Part shown: piece by piece, positions 1 through 12,000 of the stretch
How the letters are laid out: each line of letters begins with the position of its first letter
Position numbering within the stretch: position 1 is the first letter of the stretch
Notes under the pieces: generated by a model
Databases searched by the model: none
Seen by the model: only the letters and a program-made list of their open reading frames with translations
What the model was told of the DNA's origin: nothing
Translations under genes and position numbers: made by a program
From: Tubulanus polymorphus
Taxonomy: Eukaryota; Animalia; Nemertea
Length of the DNA: 64,000 nt
Reading direction: 5' to 3'
Assembly: GCF_964204645.1 (NCBI RefSeq)
Contig: NC_134025.1
Coordinates: 5,766,001 to 5,830,000 of the forward strand

Positions 1-1
1 A

Positions 2-3000
2 CGAGCCATTCGCGATAATATAAAAAAGGATTTACAATTGCTGAAAGAGGAAGAAGAGAAAAAGGAAAAGGAGAAGGAAAGAGAAAAAGAAAAGGAGAAT
101 GTGCAGATAAACGGAGACAATGTTCAAACGAAAGAAGCGAGAGCCGAGAGAATTAAGAAATATAAAGAAGAGCGTCGAAAAGAGATGGCATCGAAAATGG
201 CCGATAAATACGGCGAACGCGGAAAAGATCAATCGAGTAGCGATTCGTCTAGTTACCCGGACCAGGTGTCGCAATATAAACTTTCTCTCGGCGGCGAGGA
301 CAAATCGCTTCATAAATTAGATCTTGCGAGTATCGAAAACGACGCTCAGCAGCCGACCGAATCTGTGATCATCGAAGATTTAATGAGTCCTAAACATAGC
401 GACTATATTTCATTAACCGTCCCCGATGAGGAGGGCAAAACGTCATCGCCTCATTCACCCGCTGCTCTGTCATCGCCGAGATCACTCGAGGCGGCTTCCT
501 TGTCACCTCGTCACTCCATCGATGGTCCGGTAAAGAAGCTATTTGATGGGTATGTATTCGCTATTCACTACAGTATTGAAACGTCTAGCTAGATAATGAG
601 GCTTCAGGTCAGTGATCGAAAAGCTGCTACTTACTTATGACTAATAGATTTATGTATAACATCTTCGAGAAATGCCCATATGTTCATCATATATTAACTT
701 CAAATGTCTGGAGTTATTGTTATCATAGATGAAATACATTGTATCTATCTGCAGCTACCCATGATTCACCTGTTTGCCCCAGACTGAGTGGTATAAAAAT
801 ACCCACCTGCAGATGATCTACCTACTTCAGTTTTATTTTAGAGATTTATTCAACTTAGAGGGGTAAAAATAGTTGAAACCAAATCATGAACTTGTCTTAT
901 ATCCGTGAATAAGGACATATGATTTTTGGTACGGAAGAATGTATGATATATGTTCTTGCATGCAGTTTTAATCTCAAAAACAGTGCCGGGCAAAAAGTTC
1001 ATATGTTGAAATGTGAGCTGTTTATCTATTGATGTGAGATGATAGCAGATCCATTAATCTAAAGTTTTCGTCTGCAGTTAATCGCGTGTTCATGTTCTCC
1101 TATTTACTGATCTCCGTAGACGAGTAATCAGCCACGTTTTCCTTTAATCTCACGATAGGTAAAACACAATATCCGTGTTGACGCGATGAGGAGAGAATCC
1201 CACAATGATAATAAAAAGTCCGAAAATGAAACTTTGAGATAGTAGTTTATTCAACGTTTCGACTATATCCTAATAGTCATCTTCAGGAATAATGAGATAC
1301 TACAGAAATTATGAGATATATATACAATCCAGAGACAAAGAGACTAATTCAAGTAATCAGAGATGATACAAACTAAAGGAAAATTAACGTAGAAACAGTT
1401 ACACGCTAAAATAGATTAAAGGGAAGCAAACTAAGGGGTGATTATAAACAACAATAGTGAGTATAAATATAAATGAAACTTAAAGTCAGTAGTAAAAAGA
1501 AAGACAAACTAAGGGGCACTTAAATTAAAACAAAGGTTTTCACCCCATAATAAACTTATATCAAAATTCCTCTGTAAACTGGTTAAACTCAACACTTGAT
1601 TTCCCCTTTGATTATTTGTTATTTGTTCTCTCATCAATTTCGTCTCTGACTTAACTTGTATTCACCTTTGTTTTAATTTAAGTGCCCCTTAGTTTGTCTT
1701 TCTTTTTACTACTGACTTTAAGTTTCATTTATATTTATACTCACTATTGTTGTTTATAATCACCCCTTAGTTTGCTTCCCTTTAATCTATTTTAGCGTGT
1801 AACTGTTTCTACGTTAATTTTCCTTTAGTTTGTATCATCTCTGATTACTTGAATTAGTCTCTTTGTCTCTGGATTGTATATATATCTCATAATTTCTGTA
1901 GTATCTCATTATTCCTGAAGATGACTATTAGGATATAGTCGAAACGTTGAATAAACTACTATCTCAAAGTTTCATTTTCGGACTTTTTATTATCATTGTG
2001 GGATTCTCTCCTCTTTCCTTTAATCTTCTCGCAAAATGAAGCGTTGTTGTTGGTCTGAGAATAAAGAGCTTCTCGGTAGATCATAAATGGGAAATGGTGA
2101 TATATGTTTGTTGTAATAGCAGGTTGTCCGTATGATGATGATGATGCTATAAAATTATATTGGCATGCCGGAAGATTTGGTACAAACTGCCCATCCAGAC
2201 ATGCAATTTATCAAATACCTGGCTTGTAAAAAATCCGATGGCGTGATGTAACGATTTACGCAGCTAATTCGTAGAAATCTACCACCATTGATTAATCACT
2301 GTCTCGGTAAAGTTTGAACTTAGAAATAGTTAGAACTTATGAGTATTTAGGGTCATATAACGCCATATCTTTTAAGCGTAAGTCATCGATACTAAAAAGA
2401 AGTTTAGGAGAAATCCAGCTCATATACGTGGAATTCTTATTCGGTTAGTGTGAGTCTGAATGAAAGGGGCACAATCTGCACAACCAGCACATACTGTTTT
2501 ATCATTGTTTTTGAGTGCTGTGAAAGATGGTTCTCTCATCTCTTTGCCACGATAGGTACTTGATAAACATTACATATAACTTCAAGTGTTAATGTGTACA
2601 TATATTTTTTCAATATAATGTATTCTAACGAACTTCAATTAATTTTTTTTATAGAATATTCAATAGTTCTATATACAATACATATATAGAACGAGTTTAA
2701 TGTTAATTTTCAACAATGAGGAAGTAGAATGATTTTTTTTTTCAAATGCTATTGATAAGATTCATTACGGTATGCGATATGAATTCTGATCTATGCGGAT
2801 ATTAAACCAGCGCGATGGCTCTCACGGACCTGCCGTCGTGGCTTATTATCATTCTCGGATTTCTTTCGCTGCTCATCTTGTTCTTGAAGTTTCGACGGCA
2901 TTATTTCAATGAGCCGGAGACAAACATCAATAAGTAAATTCTAGGCACATTCTTCCGATGACGATTTGTCACTAAGAAGTCTTGTTGGGGCATAGTTTCT

Positions 3001-6000
3001 GATTGAAGTACTAGGCACATTCTCCAATGATGAGCAATGCTTTTAACTGTTTTAGGCCTACCGGTAGCTAGTTTTCTAGTCCGACTACAACACGATTTCA
3101 TTGTTAATTTGTCACTTTTTTAAATATTTCAGCACTGAAAAGCCAGCTGTGATATCACCGTCTTCTCCCTCTGCATCTGCGGCAGACGCCATCGATGGAA
3201 ATGCGAATGATCGACGCGATTCTTCTTCATCGGTCGCGTCGTCGAAGGCATCGTCACGACGACGATACATCACTCGCGAACGCGACCCGGATAATCTCAG
3301 CTATCAGGAACGTCGTAAGACCGCCGACGATATCGCCGCCGACCTCGCCGTTCTCGAGGCAAGAATGCAATCGAGGGCCGACCGACGACAACATAAGGCG
3401 TTGTTACGAAAATCCAACTTAAACTCATCAACTGACCCAGGTATATAACAAAAAAACAGATAATTTGAAAATTTCAAAAAAAAATTTCAACCCAAGTGCG
3501 CTGTATAACAGGTATACCGCTTTAGTGCATCACCGATTTATACACTACCATATGGTGTATATGCAGTGAAAGGGTTAAAACAAGTGGACCAGATTTTAAG
3601 TCCTGGATATATTATAGATACCACCGGTAACCAGCTCGAATGATTTTATCAATATTTTGCATGCCATCGCAATTCTTCAATACCATATCATTGTGTTTCA
3701 TCTCAAATGGTTTCAATCACGAATGAAATTTTGATAAGGTAATACATCCCACCGGCGTACTCATTTCCTCGCAAGCCGATGTGTAACAGTGACTTATAGC
3801 TATGTGGCCTGAAGGTTAACTCTAGTTAGGAATGTAGCTGACTATCCAGGTATAGTAGTGACAATGTTCGGGTGTGGTTCACACGTCATTCAGGCGACTG
3901 TGTTGATCATACTTTCATCGCTTTCCTTGTGTTAATGACATACAGGTATGAGGTAATGTAGGATTATGCGATATCATTCTGATCGGTTATTGTATTTGTC
4001 TCAGAATTATACATTATAACACGGGCAATCTCTGTATAGCATGCGCGTATAGTACAATGCTTAGTTTTATGGTATAACATTGATTGAATCGAATGAGCTG
4101 AACCTTGTCATATTCAATACGGATACAGTACTGCGGAATGGATCTCGCATCAGGATTCTAATATCCTGCTCGGTATAAATTTTGTAAGTGTCAGATATAA
4201 TCAACGAACAATTGCTGAATTTGATATATCCTGTTTGATTTTCAAATATTTGTTTCCATATTTGGGGGTCTACATGAAAAAGACTTTAGCATATTTTTAG
4301 ATATTGGTAACTGATAACATTTTTATTACTGCATGTACCTGGAAATCACTGGCATTGAATTCCTGTACTTGAAAGTAGTAAACAGTTAATGTGTTTAACC
4401 TAAAAAATATAGCAAAACCTTTTCTGATAATGTTTGATTTCATTTACTTGATAATTTGAGCCATTATTTACTTCTTTGTTTGTCTAAAAAGCCAATAATT
4501 CATTTGACTTGTTGTATTCGCGATCGCACACGAATTTCTGTTTCGGAGGGAGAGATGATCAAAGAACGATTAATCTGCTATTTAGAAATTCTTGATGGTC
4601 AAGAATAAGTTTCTAAAACTGAATCAGGATCTCTGTTTTAAGAAAAGTGAGCTATTAAGAAGCTATGGATAGTCATTTCTATCTGTTGCTGAGGCAAGGA
4701 ACTGCTGAACAATTAAAAATTGACTGGTTTTTAGGTAAGGCTTCAATCACTGATGGTATAAGTCATCTCTACCAGTAAATTGTATATAGCCTTATATCGA
4801 ACTTTTTCAAGGTGATCAGTGATTTCTTGAACAGGAATCTCATCAACTGTAATGAATCTCACGGAATCAATTAATTATCTTGTGTTTATTCAGTCATGCA
4901 AATGATGATGAAATTTAGCATCAATAGATCGATAATAATTACCCGTGTCATGCTCTATTGAGCTTTATAAATCCCAGTTGTTCTTAATCTCTATATCAAT
5001 CTCGTGGACCTGTTATTCGGAGATTTTGAAGTGATTTCTTCATTAAGTAGATTTATGTTAAATGGTCCGTTTTAGTGAAATTCAGCATCAATATATTACC
5101 GTAAGTTCGCTTTATGCCTTAGCACGTATTCATTATTTAGGCCTCATTAACCCATTATAAAGGCTTCATTAAGTCTTCTTATTGATTTACGAATTTCCAA
5201 TTATTCGAATAGATTTTTGATTTTTTTTTTAAATCCGCGTATGCCAGATGCTACGGTATATATTAATTCAAATGCGCTTTATATGCGTCATAATAATGAT
5301 ATAAAATTTCTATGTATTTTATCTCCGGTATTATTTGTCAGTCTATATGTCTATATATGACATGTAAAATGTAGTTAGGATACATTTCAGTGCAAGAATA
5401 GGAGGAATTTACTGAAACTTTTCTCAATCACCCATTTTCTTTGGGAGGAATAATTGAAACACCATACAGAGCTTACAGTTTTGTTGGATATGAATCTCTA
5501 TAACTATAGAGAGCTCAAGCTACGTATACTGAAAAAAGGGCATTTGAAATAGTGATGTTTGATATCATGTTGTTCAGTTAAAACCTGATATGTACTTTAC
5601 ATAGATATTACATCCCATGTCCTCTTTTGGAATGTTAGTCATTAAGAGTGAATGTTGTCTTCTATACCGGAAATATTTATGTGAATAAATGGCAGGACTC
5701 GTTATGATTAGATTGTGATGGCTGTTAAAACAAAAGCCGTATGTAATACATTTTTCCCTCAGAGAATGCGACAAAGTACATTATGCGTCACAATCTTCAT
5801 ATTTACGAACAAGTTGTGGATAGACACTTTACTTCTTGTTGGGAAAAAAGGATACTTATTTGGGATCGTCCCATTTTAGGATAGTTTTAGGAAATGCTCG
5901 TCGAGGATTTGATGTATAAGTAATACGGATCAGCCATGTCGAGATTTTATCGTGCCTTGTTTTCGTGCTGTCATTTCTGTCCATTTAATCAGAAAGCCAG

Positions 6001-9000
6001 TCGAAACGCACAACCAGCTGAAAGTAAGCAAATTTATGGAGTGGGGGTGATAGTTTGTTGTTTTTGCGAAAAGTGATATGTGGGTTTAGAGTAAACTTTA
6101 AGCAGAGACATAATATCTTATTGTGTGCTATTATTTATTATTAAGACAATGATAAGTGATTTATAGTTTATTTGCTGAACTATATTAGATACTGATATGC
6201 CCAGTTGTTGACTCGCGCCGAGTGACCAGTTTACATACCACTTCCATGACCATGTACTGGGTATGAGACAATTTTCGAGGAAGTGATCTCTGATAATCGA
6301 TTTTAGCCTTTGCACATTTAATTGATGTGCGACTTTTCGATTCTTAGCAAATGATAAAGTGATTTGTGGCCACATGTTGCAAATGATGGTCTGCGAACTT
6401 GATTTATGAAAACCCACCATATGTTTGTGATTTCAGTGAGATATCACCGGTATATGATTTTATATATTTATACTGCTTATGTATTTACAGATAATGAGAG
6501 TCATGTAGTAGAGTCATCTCCATCACCAGTTGTTGAGGAATCAACTGGACCACGTCGCAGGCGCCGTTCTCCCATCACAAAAACTACTCCCGTAACTAGC
6601 GAAGAATTACATACAGCTCTTCAAGAAAATACTAATGATAAAACCAAGGTGAATGAATATATTTGATTCAGCTGTTCTTCAATATTTCATTACTGCACTG
6701 TACTTTCATCTGATGGCGAATGGTAGCAGGGTGGCGCTCATTCTTGGAAATCAGGGAATTTTGTTGAGATAGATTTCGCATATGATCAAACGGTTTCCAT
6801 CCACGTTTTACATGTTTGATTTGAGTCAAGTGAAGTCAGGGAAAACAATGTTCATACCAGGAATTATTCAAGGAAAAAGCAAATCAAACAAAAGTGGCCA
6901 CCCTGGGTCGTCTAGGATTATTCATATGTTGTTTCGTGTGTCTGACTGGTCTTTGTTTTTGATTCAGAAATTAGATGCCGTAGTCGACGAAGATGAAAAG
7001 ATGGCAGCAGCAGCAGTCAGTCAGGTGAATAGCATATCGAGTGAACCACTAAAATGTGTGTACCAGTAATCAATTCTTATAGCAGTCTCACTTTTAATTT
7101 ATAGGAACTTGAAAAAACTGAAACAAAGGAAGATCTCATTCAAAAGCAAATTAAGAAATACACGACTGGTTCTGAAGTAGTTTCTAAACACCTCTCTAGT
7201 ACCAATACAACGGAGACAGAATCCGCGATGCCGTCGCGTCGATCCCTTCTGAGCCCTCGTAAAGATAGAGAATCGTCAAAATCGCCAATTCGTGATGCTT
7301 GTTCACCTTTACGTGTAACTCACGACATTACCATAGCCAGCAGTAAAATCGATAAGAAGGATGAAAATGACAAGAAGCTTGCCAATCGACCAACTGAATT
7401 CGTAAGTAGTATTTCTTCAATGAGAAGCGAAGAGGAATCTGTTTCAAGCGCGTCACCTGTCTCTGCAAAATCAGTTGGCCGTGCTCAAAGTTTTAAGGAC
7501 AAAACACCATCGCCAAAATCAGACGAGCCCGATGAACAACTTCAAACCTTTTTAAATCGTCGTAGTAAGAATATCGAAGAGTACATGAATGGTAATTCAC
7601 AGCCGGAAAAGATTGATAAAGTTGATACTACGAAGGAAACCTCTGATAGTGGTGACTGTATTAAAGATGCTGTTGCGGCCAAAGAACTTGTGTTTGTTTC
7701 AAAATCTGGGATAGTTCTTGCTGATAATGAAAAACCAGACTCATCGGCTGAACCTGAACCTGTGTCAATATTGAGAATTCATGGTTGCGAAAAAGGAGAA
7801 AGCAGCACCGACATGCCTCATTCAATACTTAAACACACTGAGCCAGAAATCCCACAAGTTCCCACGACTTCCATCCTAAGACATAAATCATCAGAAGAAG
7901 ATGATGAAAAAACAGTTTCAATTTTAAAAAGTAAAGATTCTGTTGAGAGCACCGGAGCTGGATCACCGGTCAAGAGTCGTCACAGTTCTGGGGAGGAACC
8001 GAGACCCATATTGAAGAAACGTGATTCTATTGACATTACCGAACCAGTATCGATATTGAAAAAGCGAGACGCTGAGGATGTCGATTTTACGGTAACTCCA
8101 CCTAGGAGTAGACGTAGTTCAGGAGAAGATGTACGGTCTATTCTCAAAAAACGCGACTCCGTGGAAATTGATGATTACGTTTCTCCTTCACGAAGTCGCC
8201 GAGGTTCGGAGGAAGGACGTTCAATTTTGAAACGTCGAGAATCGGATGGCATGGTTTCGCCGTCGCAATCGGAAGAACGCCCGATTTCAATTTTGAAGAA
8301 GAAATCTAAAGATGAGTCCACCGAAGAATTCCAATTGAATATTCATCCAATTTTGAAAAATAAAGAGGAAGAGGACGATTCTTCGACAACAGAACCCGCG
8401 AGTAAACATTCTATATTGAAAAAGTCTTCCCCACTTAGTTCCGAAACGAAGTCGATTCTGAAACATACGGAGTCGTTTGAAATGGATTTGTCTGTTAACC
8501 AGACACAATTGTCAACCGCTTTCCCACGAAGAACTAGCTGTGATATCGATTTGATAGGCTCTCCGAAAAAACGTTCAACCACCGAGGAGTCGGTTGATTC
8601 CGGTGCAAAGCCGAAATCGCCAAGAAAGTATAAAAGGTCACATACGACTGGAACATTCATGGATCCCGAACTAGCGAAAGTGTTCCTACAACGTCGGGGC
8701 AAAGAGTCTTCACCTGAAGATGAAGAGGATGAGAAGATTTCAGCTGCTGAGGAAATTGCCAGAACTAGGTATTTTCACTAAGAATTCCCATTAAAAGAAT
8801 TCCCATTAAATGATTGAGAAACTATTATTTGTTGACCGTTTTATCCATTTACTTAACATTGAATAATTGAATTATTGAATTTACTATCAAATAGGCAGTT
8901 AGAAGAGCAGGAAGAATCTCCAGGCAGCCGACCACGCAGTATGAGTGTTGCTGAGAGAATATCCCATATGCAAACTCAAGGAGATGAGCTTCCGTCTTCT

Positions 9001-12000
9001 ACAGATTCCGGTGCACTTTCTCCCACTCTTCTTCAAATGAGGTTTGTAATTTGTAAGGAATAAATTACTTGATAAGTTATTTGCATTGTATATGTATATA
9101 TATTGGCTCTTTTACTTTCAATTGAAGGGTGACAGCTCGAAGGTTAAGCGAAGAAACTCCGAATTTATCCGACGCAGAACTTCTGTCTCGCCTCGCCGAC
9201 ATCGCTGAAGCGAAAAAACGATCGAGAAAAGTTCGAGAAGATTGGAGAAGAAACACGCAACCTGTGACTGATGCTGAAATTGAAGCTGCTGATAGTTTAG
9301 GCAGTGTAACTGTCTTCAGAGATCTCATTCAGTCGCACTCGAAAAGAAATATATTTTTCGAACTGGAACGACTGGAAACGCTTCGAAAAAAGTCGCTGTC
9401 CCCGGGAAAAAAGCCGGAATATCCTCAGCACGTGTCAGTGAAATCAAAACATCGCCGAAACCGGAAATCGCCGCGTTACCAGACGCAGCCAATCACATTA
9501 GAGGAACTCGATTCCATTCCAGAAACTGATAGTATTAGAATTAAAAAACCAGTGTCGCCACCACCACCTGCACCGGAAAAAGAACAACCTGTTACTCCAG
9601 GTACTCCAGATCTGAATAAAATGTTGCGTGTACCGTTTTCGAAAGTCGACATGGATGAACTTGATAAAGAATTCAATCAGCTTTTTGATTGGACGCTGAG
9701 AGAAGATGAACAAGCGCAGGAAGAATGGATGGCCGCGAAAGCCGACGAAAAACAAGCGGCAATCGAGAACAAACGCAAACGAGAAAAACGACGGAAAGCT
9801 AACTTACAGTCGCAGATGATGGAAAAAAATGAGGAGATTTCTTCTCATCGCGCAGAGAGCCCTTCGGACGACGTGACGGATATAAGAAAAATGACTGAAG
9901 AAGAAGCAAAACATTCAGATGAAGTCACTCAGTTGAGTGTAATGGAAAAAGCTTCCTTGTTCCTGGAATTAGAAAGAAAGAAGAGAGAGGCAGAGGCTGG
10001 ACCTTCCACGCGTAAAATTGGAGCTAAACGAATAATCAATAAAGCCAAACGAGAACGATCGCTCACTCAACCGATCACGTACGAAGAAGTTTCTCACGCA
10101 TCGAATAAAGATGTGCCGGACTCAGGCGAGAGACGTCCATCCCTCGCAGAGACCAGTAAACAATCTTCAATTGATGATATGGCGGCCGATGCAGCAGAAG
10201 ATGAAGCGTCCAGGTAAGAATGTAAAATCAATCGATGTTTTAGTAATATCGGTGGCCCGGTATTAAAGACTTGTATTAACTTAAACTCAGGAGCTCAATT
10301 CAAAGTGAATTGAGTTAGCTTGCGGGTAAAAGTTGATATCAGCCTATAACACTGGCCCAGTTGCGTTATTCATCATAGATAAATCAGCCATATAATCATT
10401 TGGAAATCTCTAATTTCAACTACTAAATGAATTTGCTTTAAACTATAGGACTTAGTTCCACTGTTCTGGATTATGACTAAAGTTTTACATGATTTAGCTC
10501 TATCTGTGAACTGTGGTGAACTATATACCAGATTAGTGCTTCCACCTGTCTACAGATATACTAAACAACATTTCAATTGCTCTATTAGAATTCATATTAT
10601 TAAGTCTATCGTTTTTTGTGAAACCTGCATGAATGTATGTTTATTACAGTATCATCAGCGCATGGCTGTCTCGTATTTCTTTTTCTAGTCAACATGTTTA
10701 GTCTTATCATCTTATCGAGGCGTTTACTTTCATTTCTTTGTCGAGGCTTCAATCGACTTCTCTTTCTCATTCAGAGGTTCGACATATTCGCTGATTATTC
10801 TTTCATTTTGCGATCGATTCACGCCATAGTATTAATTTTTTGATTCTATTTCTGCATAGAGGTCGCAAGTAGATCAGCTCCATTCAGTTTCCGTAGCACC
10901 TTTTTCGCTGTAGTCTTTGCGTATTGTTTTAGACTAGAAGCTTATTGTACGCACTGCCATAATTCTCGATGGAAGAATCACGCTCGTATATCATCGCTGG
11001 ATTTTTAAAATCGAATAAAATTCATGGCCTACCACAGATGAAACTGGATATGGTTGCGATACAGTCGGCATCAGTGCGGCAACAATGAGAGATGTTATCG
11101 TTACAACTGATTGCATTGTTGAGGGTTAATACATAGATAGAGGAAGAGAAATAACCGAGTGATGCCAGAAATATGCCACGCAGGTTCTAGTTACATATGA
11201 TGCATGTTTTAAACACTGCGTAGAAGCAACAGGTAGCTCGCGAGGAGAATAATGGGTAGTGTTTTTGATAACTCTGACCAGGGGTGTCTTCTTATAAATA
11301 ACAGTTACATTGACAGCTATGCGTCGACTAAAGATTTCAATGTTCTTATTTTTCAGAGCATTCATTTAAAATATAACGCCCTGAGTTTAGATTTCATAGT
11401 TGGGTCCCTGATGCTCCTCGTATTATCAAAGCCTGGGGAGGGAAAACTGTTATGCAATGCATCAGTACTATTTCTTTTGGCACGCAGCGATATAATATAA
11501 ACTTGCTTTTCGGCGTGCTTGTGATGTAAAAACCATAACAAACCCTAGACTAGGTGTATAATGCACATGCGGGAGACTGGTTTGCGTTCATCTGCCATGA
11601 ATATACTACTGCGATCTATTGAGGATATATCATTGGGTGTGTTGGAACGGGACAGACAAGGATTCCTGGATGGATAGTGCGTGAGGGGGCGCTATTTTTG
11701 TGGTATAGTTACTAAAATAGAAAATTCGATTCTTTTATGATTTTTTTTATGGACAGAAATGGACAGAAAAGATTTCTCTACTCTTTTAGTTAATCTATGA
11801 TTTCATTTCTAGACAATTGTCAATCTTAATTAACAATTATTATCTACGTTAGGTAATAGATACATCAAGATGTCAGATCAATGTTTAGGTATTGCGCTGT
11901 TTTAACTTTGGATGTATTTTTTATAGAAAGGTGAAGGAAGTTATTTGGCAGCTGAACATGGTGTCTAAGTTGCATCGCATTTGTGTAAATATCTTAACAA

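Larger units (their letters stand above)
1151..2013. mobile_element. Penelope-like retroelement remnant with inverted pLTR arrangement
   Basis: Arms 1188-1537 and 1664-2013 are exact reverse complements (350 bp, checked base by base) with a 126-bp spacer. The unit is flanked by the 13-bp direct repeat TTTCCTTTAATCT (1138-1150, 2014-2026). Each arm has a CTGAAGA..GAAACGTT hammerhead-type motif typical of PLE pLTRs. No RT ORF remains. Confidence 0.75.

Noticed and set aside
1538-1663. Spacer as the C-terminal remnant of a GIY-YIG endonuclease ORF ([10 protein letters not shown]...)
   Set aside because: Too short and too weak to support without a search.
1188-2013. Inverted repeat as an assembly artefact or a DNA-transposon TIR pair
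   Set aside because: The flanking 13-bp duplication, the asymmetric 37-nt extension and the hammerhead motif fit a Penelope-like insertion better. An artefact is not fully excluded without reads.
3486-3578. piggyBac-like MITE (AACCC ... AGGGTTAA)
   Set aside because: The left end is too degenerate and has no matching TTAA, so it cannot be supported.
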